A DNA stretch of 63,963 nucleotides, the filler included, from Thelocarpon superellum (taxonomy: Eukaryota), in NCBI GenBank assembly GCA_026025795.1. It is 4 parts of 4 records of this genome, joined end to end, with 100 filler letters (N's around TTAATTAATTAA, not from the genome) between each part and the next. Parts side by side here need not be neighbours in the genome. Positions count along the whole stretch, not along the records: positions 18,048 to 35,924 come from JAPEUG010000368.1; positions 36,025 to 53,870 come from JAPEUG010000369.1; 2 more parts are not named here. The stretch is one strand, 5' to 3'. A program made the position numbers and the translations under genes. Under the pieces are notes generated by a model. The model ran no database searches. It was not told the DNA's origin and saw nothing but the letters and a program-made list of their open reading frames with translations. Of the stretch, positions 35,389 through 47,510 are shown in pieces (the first letter of the stretch is position 1; every line of letters starts with the position of its first letter).

Positions 35389-35924
35389 ATGGCTCAGATT
35401 GAGGCGCAGACGATCCACCGCGATCCAGCGTTATTGTGAGTCACACCTGCCATCCGTGATCCACAACCGTACTGATTCGTCTAGCTACTGGATCCTGTTT
35501 CCCATCACGGTGGTCATGGTACGGCTGAGCCACATTCCGTTTGTTGGGGGAGGCCTGCTCACCCACGTCAGATCCTCACAGGAGTCCTCCGTCACTACGC
35601 CACGGTGCTGATGCAGTCGGCGCCGAAGAAGCAAGACATCGGAACATTGCGAGAGCAGTACGACTCACTCGCATTTCCATCCCATTATCCCGTCCCTGCT
35701 CTGACAACCTTCCAGACGCTCCCTCATGCGCGGGATCAACCTACGGAGCAATGCGTCCGTGCTTCCCCGGGCGTCCTATCTCGCGCGAAAGGAGTATTTC
35801 ATCTCAGCCTACCAAAGCGGCGCCTTTCTCAAAGACCCGGATAACAAGGGCAAGCCGCCTGCGAATCCCATGACGGACCCGGCGGGCATGGAGGCGATGA
35901 TGGGCATGATGAAGGGGAACATGG
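35389..35924 (+). CDS. EMC3: ER membrane protein complex subunit 3, 5' part (truncated at contig end)
   Basis: QTIHRDPALFYWILFPITVVMILTGVLRHYATVL ... PANPMTDPAGMEAMMGMMKGNM across three GT..AG introns. Confidence 0.9.
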
Positions 35925-36024
35925 NNNNNNNNNNNNNNNNNNNNNNNNNNNNNNNNNNNNNNNNNNNNTTAATTAATTAANNNNNNNNNNNNNNNNNNNN
36001 NNNNNNNNNNNNNNNNNNNNNNNN
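35925..36024. other. Artificial contig linker
   Basis: Same 100-nt N/TTAATTAATTAA spacer; separates two unrelated truncated genes. Confidence 0.97.
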
Positions 36025-36033
36025 GAGCTCTAG

Positions 36034-36311
36034 CGGAGAACATGTGGCTGCACCTCTCCCTGATTACCTCCCTGAGCCAGACATGCAAGTCCGTCTTTCC
36101 GACCGTGCAGTATGCATATACCACCATTCCGACGTATCCAAGCGGCCAGATCGGCTTCATGGTCTGCTGCAAAGACGCCTCGCGCGACGTGTCCCAACCG
36201 CTCCGGAGCTGGAGTCCGGAAGAGGAGGAGAAGCTCTGCCGGTACTACAACCGGAGCATTCACCAGGCAAGCTTCATATTGCCCAACTTTGCCCGCCAGG
36301 CGTTGAGTTGA
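36034..36311 (+). CDS. SPE3: Spermidine synthase, last exon only
   Basis: [42 protein letters not shown]; preceded by a TAG acceptor. Confidence 0.92.
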
Positions 36312-36687
36312 GACGCGAGTTCGGTTCCAGTGATGGCTGGAGGCAGATACTGCGGCCATGAATGATGAGACTACGAGCATCCGGCTATGGCAGCTTTCAG
36401 CTGCTTCCTCGACGTAGATGATGAGCGTAAGCTACGGCTCATCAGTAAACGAAACTATGCAATCAGATGGGGGTTCCTTGACTCACGAAGCGTCAAGGCT
36501 GTTATGGCGGTCGCTGCTTTACTTTACATGCTCTTCGCTTGGTTTGATCGACGATACATGGTTTTTGTGGCGCCCTAGTTGCCAGGGTGCTTGGCCTCGA
36601 GCCAATCGCCTTCAAGTACTTCATACCTAGCAGCTCATCTATCCTTCCCGGAGCTCGGCCCACGACCCGACGATGGCTCAAAGCTTA

Positions 36688-36938
36688 TGTGAGGCCCGGA
36701 GCTCCACGCCTCGCCTTACGAATAGGATAGGTCATGCTATGATCACGTGAAACTTCACGTGACTTGACCCGCTGTATATATCGTTGGGCAGAGAGAATAA
36801 TACAGAGAAAGATAGTATTAAGGCTAAGTGTTGAAATCCGGCTTGGGTCTCTCCATACAAGATATATGGGAGCCCCTAATGCGGCATTTCCCGTTCTGCT
36901 CTTCACGACCAGCTGCTGTGGCTGTAGGTTAAGTCACA
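36688..36938 (+). mobile_element. Probable solo LTR, family B copy 2 (~251 bp, TG...CA)
   Basis: Starts TGTGAGGCCCGGAGCTCCACGCCTCGCC, has paired CACGTG and TATATA, and ends GCTGTAGG...GTCACA, co-linear with 15676-15931. Confidence 0.55.
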
Positions 36939-37274
36939 CTCTAACACAACGATCTCGGATTATCTATCACGTGCCCTTATCAGTCCGACCACAAGCAACT
37001 ATGTCTACGCTTCTGGTCAAGTTAGTGGCTGAGATAGTAGATTCAGGTGCATTGTGCCGCCCTGCATATGTCGTCTCTCCTATTTGCCGGACGGCGCATC
37101 TACGTATGCACGTCTTGGCCCTTTAGCGAGAGGATAATGACCGGATTGCATGCCTGGGTCAGAGAGGAGGCTCTTTCTAGCAGCGTCCCAGCCAGAGACA
37201 GATCCAACCAGCTCTCAGGCGTCGGTAGAGTCCTTTGGGCGAGAGGAGACCGGACTTGCCACTCAGTGTGCAGC

Positions 37275-38709
37275 ATGGTCTAGCCTCAGCACCGGAGACA
37301 GTCAGTCGGAGGCTGAGAGGCTCGGTCATCCTCGCGAGATCACGAATAAGCGCGCGTGTGCCTTTGCGGCCTTCTACGCCCGCCACTTGACGGACGACTT
37401 GCATCTTGATTACCATAGCGCCGAGGTTTTCGAGGCTCGGTCATGGCAGGAGCGGGAGCGCAAGCAGCAGCGTCAACAGGACATCGCGCGAGAGATTGAG
37501 CGTCAGCGGCGCTTCCACCTCTGCGGCGTCCAGGGCGACACCAGAACCAGCGACGTCGAGTGGGCAGTCAACAGAAGAGGTGATCCGGCAATCGAGGTAC
37601 CAGGTCACCAACGACTTTGATGACGATCTGTATGATATCAGCTCAGAAGACCGCTATCAGGTCGAGTGATCCGACGAGTCCGACAAGTGGAGTTCACCCC
37701 CGAAGACCGTCGTGCGAAAGCTCTTCGGCCCTGATTTCCCCCCCGCGCACGCCCGAGTACGCGCACGCAGCTCCACAAGACGCGGAGGTCACGACTAATC
37801 ACCTCAATTACGGCGAGGGCCTCCTCGACGCCTGTGCAGTCACTCCTATACCAGACAAGGATCGCCAGCTGGCTTGCACACAGCTCACTCGCTCGCCTCC
37901 GGCAGATTCAGTTGACCGGCAGATTCAGTTGATGAGCTCGCACCACTTGCCTTGGCCCCGTTCGTTCCGCCGCACGAAATGTAATCCCGTCTCAGACGAC
38001 GAGCCTGTCGCAGACGATCCCATCCCCGCGACACCAGTCGTGACGACCCCTGGAAGCACCCGTCATATCGATCGCGCGAGATCGCGCATGACATCGTTCT
38101 GCCTGACGCCATCGCGCGATATGAAGCCACTGTCGACGAATCTCGCTCAGACTCAGGACGAGGATCCGCACCAGCATCAGAACGACGATTGACGTCGAGG
38201 CGCTCCAGACGACGTACGACGACAAGATGGCGCTGGGGCCAGACGGCAGCACGCCTCACTAGAGTACTCTCACCCCGCTGCAGCGATTGCGTCAGGCCTG
38301 CGGCGAGGACGTGGGTCCCGTTGACAGGCAGGGCCGGCATGCGGCAAAGTACGACAACACGTCAACAGAGTTTGAGCGTCGTGAACAACAGCACGCTGCG
38401 GCGATCATCTTGGACAACGATGAGCTGTTGACTCTTCATGCGCTAGCCAAGGACGAGGTGACTCGGCTGCCTTTTGAGAGATTTCTGCGTCTCTCCCATG
38501 GACGAGGAGGACGAGGCGCAGGACGAAGTGGAGGGCGAGGTGATTCCAGCCTCATCGTCGGGGGCGGCTACAATCCAGTCGACGAAGCGATAGATGGATG
38601 GCTTCTGTTCTCTCCTTCTCGGCGGTGGACCGGGCTTGGCCGATCACCTTTCAACAACGTGTTTAGGTTTCGCCCGTGGCAGTGCAAGAGAGGAAAAGAA
38701 GAAGGATGA
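37275..38709 (+). pseudogene. Fragmented hypothetical gene (coiled-coil and S/P-rich segments)
   Basis: Consecutive protein-like ORFs in shifting frames (37150-37620, 37617-38192, 38287-38709, e.g. ERREQQHAAAIILDNDELL) without clear introns joining them. Confidence 0.3.
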
Positions 38710-39629
38710 AGAATGCGGTGAGCGCATGATGAGGTGATGAATAGGAAAGGAGAGAAAAGACCAAGGATTGATAGGTGGGCCCGGACCCATTTCGCGTCCT
38801 TACCGGCTCGTTGCTGCTCCAGATGGATCGATCACGGTTGACTCGATGGGTGGGCTCTTTCTCTCCTCACCTCTGGTTTGCTTCGCTTTGCTGGGAACGA
38901 GACAAGTTGATATGCAGTAACGGATCAGTGCATATGGATTCAACTGAAACGGATACGTTGAATGGGCCTTGATGACCAACGGAGAGCTGTTGTGATGCCG
39001 CTCCCTCGGTCTTGGCGATTCTCCTCGACGGTGGAACGCGACCGATTGCGATGTGTTACTGGGTAAAACGAATGGTCTTGGAAGGGTTGGGCTTCTTAAT
39101 CATGCTGCCCGAGGAATTGTACCACGTCAACGAGCCTTTGGCGAATACCCCCGCCCTCCAAAGGGAATTCTCCGCGCCAGTCGACCATCTTCAGGCAATC
39201 TCGTGGCGAGAGGATCATGTGCTATGGCAAGTGTCCCCCTCTCTGCCTACGCTGGGCTCCTTTTGAGTTTGGTTCTGTGAAGCACGACATCCGACTTGAT
39301 TGCTCTACAGAGCATTTCTCTGTGACTCTTGATACACTACTCGACTGTAGACCATTCTCCCTAATCTCCTCGTCCACTGGATTTGATGGTTGTGTTCAGA
39401 TCAAACTGGCCCAACTCACGCTGGTTGCTGCTGTCCACTTTGCTGTTGATGTGTCAAGTTTTCCACTCCACAATGTCGTGACAACGCTGTCCACAGGAGC
39501 AATCGCCCCGCTCTGCCCACATCACAAGCCCGCTGTCAAATCTCCTTCTGGCCACTCAGGGGTGGATGGAAGTCGGCATGCTCAGTCTCGGCCGGAACAA
39601 AGTCGCCATTGGCTGAGTGAAGGCAGCTT

Positions 39630-39878
39630 CTAGCAATTTTGCTTTGATCCCGGCGGCTGGCAAGTGTAGATGCCCTTTCCGGGAATTGGATAAATCATTG
39701 AGGGATTGATGTAGAGGCAAGTGCATTGAGTGTTGATGGCGCTACCCGAATATCCGAGGCAGTCGCCATTGTTTCGTGAGATGTCGCAGTACTGGCCGAT
39801 GTCGGATGATTTTGGCATGGCCGAGACGAGGGCGCTGAAGCTGGCCACGACCAGCCCGAGCTTGGTGGAAAGACGCAT
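39630..39878 (-). CDS. Small secreted cysteine-rich protein (82 aa, 6 Cys)
   Basis: CCACCATG Kozak context, signal peptide MRLSTKLGLVVASFSALVSA, Cys spacing C-x8-C-x11-C-x-C-x18-C-x8-C ending in Cys. Confidence 0.75.
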   Translation of the reverse strand: MRLSTKLGLVVASFSALVSAMPKSSDIGQYCDISRNNGDCLGYSGSAINTQCTCLYINPSMIYPIPGKGIYTCQPPGSKQNC

Positions 39879-42037
39879 GGTGGCACAGTGCGAGGCTGGA
39901 GGCGGGAATTGCGTGATTCACAAGTTCTCCCGATGAGAACAGACGGCTTCTCAACAGGAGTCTGATGGATGAATGTATGCTTGTCGAGAGCAGATGGACG
40001 TCTAAGCCGGGAGATCACGGCCATGATATACCTCGCCATCGCACCTCTGTACCACGTTGTGCGAGGGACATGGCAGATGGCGCTGCAGATCCTAATGCCC
40101 GGACCAGGGTTGTCGATACATTCTACTGCTCTTCTTGCCGTTTCCTTTCACCCTCGGCTCCTGGCCAGGAGCGCGATATTACCCGCTGTAGAAAGCGGCA
40201 GGACGAGATTGGATGGGATGGGGTGGGGTGGGATGGAGTGGGACAGAATGGAAGGGGACGAGCATGAGGTGTCTGAGATCCAGGATGGTCTGCGCTTATC
40301 GCGTGCTGTAGCCTCGCTGTTGCCATTCAGCCTGGACAACAGCGCATAAGTGGACACAAGGGGCCTAGCATCACTTGTTTCAGGCGCTGTCGCTCCGAGC
40401 TGTGGCAAGGGATGCACTCAGCTGTCGCTTCTGCACCCATAGCGCAGGTAGGAGGACAGTGAGGCTGCAGAGACTCATCCCCCCTCCTCCCATGCTCAGG
40501 GACAGTGTAAGACACATGCAGCTGAACACCATGCAACTAGCAATCACACAACAGTGATGAGCGGTGTTTCTTTCATCCGGTTCTGACATTCTTCTCCTAT
40601 GACCCTCCTGATAATTGCGCGTTTTTGGCACATATGGGGAAGGTTGTTTGCTATTGAGACACTGACAGACCAGATCCCAGGCCAGAGCTCAATGTCCGTG
40701 GTTGTCATTGCTGTCGATGACAATAGCATGGGTAGATGATCCCCCTTCCATGGGATCAGTCAGATCAACTCCTGTAGTGCTGACTCGCTTGCCATTCATC
40801 GACCACTTGCCCGTGTCTCTGGCCTAGCGGACTGGACTGTCGCGGCGCCTACCCTGACGTTCCTTCTTACCTAATATTCTTCTCTTCTTCGCTGTTGATC
40901 CCCAACGCGTTTATGAGCGGTAAGCTGCGGTGGACGATTTGACGGAGTGCGATCTGTGCGGCTCTGCCGTGCGGGCGGCCCGTAAATGGCGCAAACGCAA
41001 ATCGGGCTGGCGCCGCGCCAAAGAATCGGTTCTTGCGGCAGAACGGACGACACCGGCTTACGCTGCTGAATCGAGATGACCTGGCCATGAGCGTCTTCTG
41101 ACTTTGTGGGGTGGATGCTACCTTTGCCCCATGCTCAACCAGTCTCGATTGCGCGACTGCTTGTGCCTAGAGACTGGTCGCAATGCCGGACCACCCGCGC
41201 CCCTTGCCAGACCCATCACCCTGACCTTTCTGGACCCAGGGCGGGATCCATTGGTCCTCCTGGTGCGGGCGCGGAAAAGCGTCTCCGTCTTCAAGAGGTC
41301 AAGGCCGGTCCACGGAAGGCGCCGGCCACGGGCGTCGTCCAGGAGAAGCTTGATCCTGTTGCCGATGGACATGGGGGCCTATGCACTCATGTAGCTGATG
41401 AATCCATCGGAATGATGGCTGTAGCCCGTGTCTATATAACCCAGCGTGTCTGGTAGGATCAGCTTTGCTTGTGCTGAGAGACTACGAGACACTTCTCGCA
41501 TCCGTCTGGTGACAGCTCATTGCCTCGGTCAGTGATCTTGAACCGATCTCGCCTTCCCCTCTGTCTCCGTCGTGGGCTCCCGACATCGTGAAATCCGACT
41601 ACTGTACCCTCCCGTCGTCTCGTGAGACACGATGGCCAGCTTCACCCGCGCAACCTTCCTTCTGACCGTCATGGTCTTGAGCAGTGAGTGATTCTGCTTG
41701 GGGTCCTCGTGAGGTCGAAGAAGACGACGATCTGACCGGTCTTGCTGCGCAGTGGCTCTCGTGGGAATGGCCGCGCCCGGGGAGGATCCATCGAGACCGG
41801 GTTACAACGGCACGCCATGCACGTCTAGCGACCAATGTCAATCTGACTGCTGTGAGAAGAAGGTCCTGAGATGCACCGATTCGTTCTTTAAAACCTACAC
41901 GGGCGACTGCACATGAAATGCATCTGGGCCTTCCAGTGCCTGTCATCCCCCTTTGTTCCACGCTCCGTCATGTACCAGACTAGCGTGAGCAGGAGACACG
42001 AAGCACATGAATAAAATCCAAAAATTCATCCTCACAG

Positions 42038-44086
42038 ATGTTGGACGAGTCCCCTGACTTTGCCTCGACCAACGTCTCGATATCTGACCCTACGGTCAGG
42101 TCGGCAAGGTGGATGGTGGCATCATGGCTTGAGGCTATGGGAACTGGTGGCTGGTCATGGGTCGGGGTGTGGAGCGGCACGATGCGCATGTGTGCGATGG
42201 TCGATGAAATTGCTGGGGCCGGTATATGGGAGCTGTCCATCTAGTGTCTGTGGCCTCATGCATCATTCAGAAGCCGTCAGGCCTGTACGTGGTCCCCCTG
42301 GACTCACCGCACAATGGCTTGACTGGTCCGCTGAGGCTCTCGGAGTCGCATCCCCCATGGTACTACAAAGGCCACGATGGCTCATCTTAGGTCGCCTCAT
42401 CATCGCCCTTTCCCACGCGCTCGGGATCCAGGCAATGAAGGCCCTTCAGAGGCTCTTGGCAGGGACGAGGTGAGGCATCTCATCACGCACAACCCACTGG
42501 AGCCACTCTTCGTCGCAGGCCATCGGGCGGACCTGAATGGGCCGCTCGCACGAGAGCTTATCCCCCCTGGTGCAGATGGATAAAGGCTCGTCCGCTGCGG
42601 GTAGGTGCGGAGAAGAGCTCTCGGGTGGAGGGGCCCACTCACGTGTCGCCTGTCCGAGTAGTGGAGAAAATCCCCCCACTGCGCGAGCGACGGGGGCGCA
42701 GTGGCTGCTGGACATCCTTCTCGCGATGAATTCCCTCGAGCTTCGAGTCCTCAAACCTACCAACAGTCTGGTCACGCTGGATCTTTCGCAGGGCGACGCG
42801 GTGGCCGAGGTCTTGCAGGACCTGACTGAGGGCGGATGGGAGGTCTTCAAAGGGGCCACCCACGTCTCGTCCAACTCGGTGAAGCAGAACATCCTCGCCA
42901 ACAAGGTATGATGAGAGTCAAGGCATGGAAGTAGCGGCGAATGGCGTGCGCAAGGTTATCCGGGCATTTCTCGACTCTATCCGCGACAGCCGATTTCGCA
43001 TCACCGGCTACAACGTTTTCGAGGTCGCGGGAGGTTCGGACATGACAGGGCGCTCGGCAAATTGGTCGGGGCTCGCACGCGATCATGGGCTCGTCGCTCT
43101 CCGCACCAATCACACTGGAGGCACGAAGGACAACCAGTGGCCGTTTGCTTTCGACACCGGGCTCAGAGGGGAGGAGACAGGCGTGATGGAGACCGTTGAA
43201 ATCAACGGGACAGACCTGTTCGGCGCCTCTCCCCGCTCCAACATCCGTCTTCTAACCCTCCTTCAGGGTGCTCTCCAACACGTTTCAAGGTGCAGACTGT
43301 CGAGGAAACGCTCAATCCTCGACACGTATGCTACCTGATGATTCTGTTTCTCATGGGTCAAGGCCCAGGCGCTTCCAAACAGACGTGCACACTGAATGCA
43401 CTACGTTCGATCAATCATGAGCTGAAGAGCCTGGTGCCCGGCACCAGATCCGCCACTGACACGATCGTGGAGGTGACCAAGTCTTTTGTAAAGCCGACTG
43501 CAAGTTATGCTGGGGCAGCGGTGTTTTCCTGTCTGATCGCGTAAGGTTGGGTGGAATCTCCTGACAATGTGGCCCGGCCCTTCCAATGCGGAGATACGAT
43601 CATTCGGGGTCGCTCCCTTCCATCGGGGTGGCGACCTGCCGGCGTGTGTAGCCTCCAAGAGGCTCGCACGGATGTGAAGGAACTCGAGGTGCTGGTTCTT
43701 GATGACTTCATGCTTGACGACGGAGGAGCGTGGTCTTGGCTCGGGGCGCTTGCGCGCACGCCTTGATTTGCTCGCGGCAACTGTGTCCGAGCCAATTGTA
43801 AAGACATTGGACATGCCTTGCAAGACGTAGTGATGACGACATTGAAGAATCGGGTCTTAACTGCTCCCGAGGAATTGTCGTCATGCTGGAGCTCGGACGA
43901 CATGCTGTTTCTCGTCGGTGCAGGGGGGTCCGCTTATTGGAGACGGGGAAGGCGGAGGTTGGGGGCAGTAGCCATCGTGTTGAATATCGCTACCGGAAGT
44001 TGCGCACCGGTGTTGGCGGATGACATAAACAGGAGACGACAGGAGAAAGGGCCGGGCGAGGTCAAGTTTGTCGCTTTCCATACTAT
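42038..44086 (+). pseudogene. Decayed large gene of unknown family, abutting a family A element at its 3' end
   Basis: Series of protein-like ORF fragments (42537-42911, 42925-43338, 43290-43544, 43551-43766, 43818 onward) separated by single stops or frameshifts. Confidence 0.4.
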
Positions 44087-44177
44087 TGTAGGAATCAGAG
44101 CTGAATTGCTAATCTACGCGTAGTCTGGGATAGTAGTAGGAGAGGGCACGTGACTAGATCACGTGCACGCTCCTACT
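44087..44177 (+). mobile_element. Dispersed element, family A copy 2, in the TKL1 upstream region
   Basis: TGTAGGAATCAGAGCTGAA.TGCTAATCTACGCGTAGTC...CACGTGAC.AGATCACGTGC.CGCTCCTAC matches 27992-28081. The TSD is not preserved. Confidence 0.75.
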
Positions 44178-44521
44178 GTTATCTAGCATCTGGTGTTGTA
44201 CTTGTTGGAAGCGCAGTCCTCACGTGACACGTACACGTGACCAATTCAGATCACTACCCAAGTTAGAATATGACATAATCAGTGGTTGGTCATCGGAAGG
44301 GGTTGCAGCAAATACTAACATACTTTGAGAGCTCCCGTACTATCATGTTACGTTCCGCAGGCGACCACGGTCGGGAAAACAGCCCCGCCATTAGCGACTT
44401 TTCGCTCGCCTTAATGTCACTCCATCTCCCCTTCACCTTCTCAACTGCCACCCTCACCGGCTGATCTGTCCACGATCTCTGAGCATTGACCAGAATCCAT
44501 TGAGCCGGTCGAACCGCAAGC

Positions 44522-47112
44522 ATGGGTTACGGAAAGATTGACGAGTTGGCCATCAACACCATTCGACTTCTAGCTGTACGTTGTCCTCCCCCCACTTTGC
44601 TCTTCGCCACGGAGCTGCTGAGGGCCCACCGGCTTTGGCTTCCTCGGCGCCTTGCGTGCAAATGATGAAGTCCTACCAAGGCCCAGTCGATCAATATGAT
44701 GACCAGTGGCTAATACTTCTTGACAGGTCGATGCCACCATCAAAGCAAATTCGGGCCACCCTGGCGCCCCTATGGGGATGGCTCCTGTCGCCCATGTCCT
44801 CTTCAACAAGTTCATGAGCTTCAATCCAAAGAACCCAGACTGGGTCAACCGTGACCGGTTTGTGCTCTCGTAAGCCACCTTTTCATTTTCTCCTTGATCA
44901 CATCAGCCCCGTCGGTGGGTGAGGGTAGTCTAGATCAGTGGAATGTAACGTTCCACCAGTCACGGGGTATGCGCTTTAGCCAATGTCACCCCTGATAAAA
45001 TCAGCCTCTCGACGAGATCCACCACTCAAAAGCTTCGGTGCTGATCCTTGAGACGATTAGGAATGGACATGCCTGCATGCTTCAATATGCCTTGTTGCAC
45101 CTCTTCGGCTATGGCGTGTCAATGGACGATCTCAAAAAGTTCCGGGTACGTGGGAACGTCGCAGCCACCCATTCACCACGTCCACCATAGGATGTTCTAA
45201 ATTAACCTCAAATCTAGACCGTCGACAGTATCACCCCTGGCCATCCGGAGGTCCATGACACCCCAGGGATCGAGGTGACGACGGGTCCGCTCGGCCAGGG
45301 ATTCGCCAATGCTGTCGGCCTGGCCATCGCCCAGGCGCACTCCGGAGCCGTCTTCAACAAGCCGGGCTTTGATCTGCTCACCAACTACACCTACTGTTTC
45401 TTTGGTGATGGCTGTGCGATGGAAGGTATTGCCAGCGAAGCGGCAAGCACTGCCGGTCATCTGCAGTTGGGCAATCTCATCATGATCTACGATGACAACC
45501 ACATCTCCATTGGTAGAGTAGCCCCGCTATTGGCACTCCTTACACGGGAGATTGCTTACCGGGTCGATAGACGGCAACACCAACTGCGCCTTCACGGAAG
45601 ACGTGCTGAAGCGTTTCGAGGCATACGGATGGCATGTCCAGTGGGTCAAGGAGGGCGATCACGACCTCGCAGGCATCGAAGCCGCCATCGAGGCGGCACG
45701 ACAGGTCAAGGACAAGCCCTCCGTGATCAAGCTCACGACCACCATCGGATTCGGGTCGAAGCTGCAAGGAACGGGAGGGGTACATGGCAATCCTCTGAAG
45801 GTCGACGACGCCAAGGAGGTCAAGAAGAAGTTCGGCTTTGACCCTGAGCAAAGTTTCGTCGTGCCGCAAGAAGTCTACGATCTCTACCACAAGCACTCCG
45901 CGGAAGGCGCCGCCAAGGAGCAGGAGTGGAACCAGCTGTTCGAGAAGTACGCCAGCAAGTTCCCGAGCGAACATAGCGATCTCAAGCGCCGCTTGACTGG
46001 CGCGCTGCCTGAGGGCTGGGAGAAGAATCTTCCCACGTACAAACCCACCGATGACGCCGTGGCGTCGCGAAAACTGTCTGAGACCGTCCTTACCAAGATC
46101 CACGCTGCCATTCCCGAGCTCGTGGGCGGTTCTGCCGATCTGACAGGCTCCAATCTCACCCGGTGGAAGGATGCCGTTGACTTCCAGCCACCTGTGACAG
46201 GACTTGGGCAGTGGAGTGGCCGCTACATCCGCTATGGGGTGCGTGAACACGGCATGGCGGGCATCATGAATGGGATCGCGCGCTACGGCACGATCATCCC
46301 CTACGGCGGCACGTTCTTGAACTTCGTCTCTTACGCCGCGGGCTCTGTACGCTTGTCAGCCCTCTCGCATATCCGCGCCATCTACGTCGCGACCCATGAC
46401 TCCATCGGCCTGGGCGAGGACGGGCCAACCCATCAACCGATCGAGACCCTAGCCCATTTCCGCGCGCTGCCGAACATGATGGTCTGGCGCCCGGCGGACG
46501 GAAACGAGGTGTCGGCCGCCTACTACGTGGCGCTCACCAGCAAGTCCACGCCGAGCATCATCGCCTTATCGCGCCAAAATCTCCCGCAGCTGGAGAATTC
46601 CACGCTCGAGCATGCCATCAAGGGTGGTTACGTGGTCCATGAGGCCGCCAACGCGGACCTCACGCTGATCAGCACGGGCTCAGAGGTGGGCATCTGCGTG
46701 GATGCGGCCAAGTATCTGAAGGATCATTCCAACCTGACGGTCCGCGTGGTATCGTTGCCGTGTTTCGAGGTCTTTGACGCGCAACCGAAGGAGTATCGTC
46801 TGAACATCTTGCCGGACGGGGTCCCGATCTTGAGCGTGGAGGTCATGACGACGCTGGGATGGGAACGGTATTCGCACGAACAGTTCGGCATCAATCGATT
46901 CGGTGCCAGCGGCGCGTACAAGGACGTCTACAAGGTAGGCGGCCCGTGCTACTCCCTACCCCGTGGCCAGCGCAGCCAGAACACTGACTTGGCAACAGAA
47001 ATTTGAGATGACCCCCGAAGGCATTGCCAAGCGCGCCGTGGCCACCGTAGACTATTACAAGGGTGCGAAAGTCCGTTCGCCCGTCAACCGCGCCTTCCAA
47101 CAACTCATCTAG
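44522..47112 (+). CDS. TKL1: Transketolase, 6 exons
   Basis: [46 protein letters not shown]-binding GDGCAMEG...[30 protein letters not shown] at 47110-47112. Confidence 0.97.
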
Positions 47113-47510
47113 ATGGCTGCATGGGCCTTGGCAAGCAGGACTGCCGTGGATATGGTGAAGCAATACGGCCACACAATGCAAAGCCCGCGACTTCATTCAT
47201 TTTCAACATACTCAGATTAGACTCAAATATTCAATCTCGAATATCTTACGATGAAGAGCAGCCTAAAGGGCGGGCTGGAGAGGATCCGTAAACAGTCGAT
47301 GCTGTGAAGCGGCTAAAACTTCGGCCTCGGCCGAACAACGGCTTGGGTAGTTTTCCACCTGAATGTGTCTGATTCATCCACGATGGATACAATGCCTCAC
47401 GCGGGTTCCGCGGTCCGCCAGCTGGGATCTCAGCAACATCTCACGGTCCACCGACGGACGCCGCGCGCGATGTCTTGAGACCTTGGGAATGCTTCGAGCA
47501 TCGACTCGCC

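Noticed and set aside
35389..36311. Apparent EMC3-spermidine synthase fusion or tight linkage
   Set aside because: The two halves are separated by an artificial contig linker, and each gene is simply truncated.
44660..44725. Box C/D snoRNA in TKL1 intron 1 (two ATGATGA)
   Set aside because: No downstream CTGA D box or terminal stem before the branch point.
44870..45060. TPP riboswitch in the long second intron of transketolase (CTGATAAAATCAG resembles a P5-like hairpin)
   Set aside because: No correctly placed CTGAGA pyrimidine-sensor motif or TGATC junction. An Infernal search with RF00059 would be decisive, but the visible match is poor.
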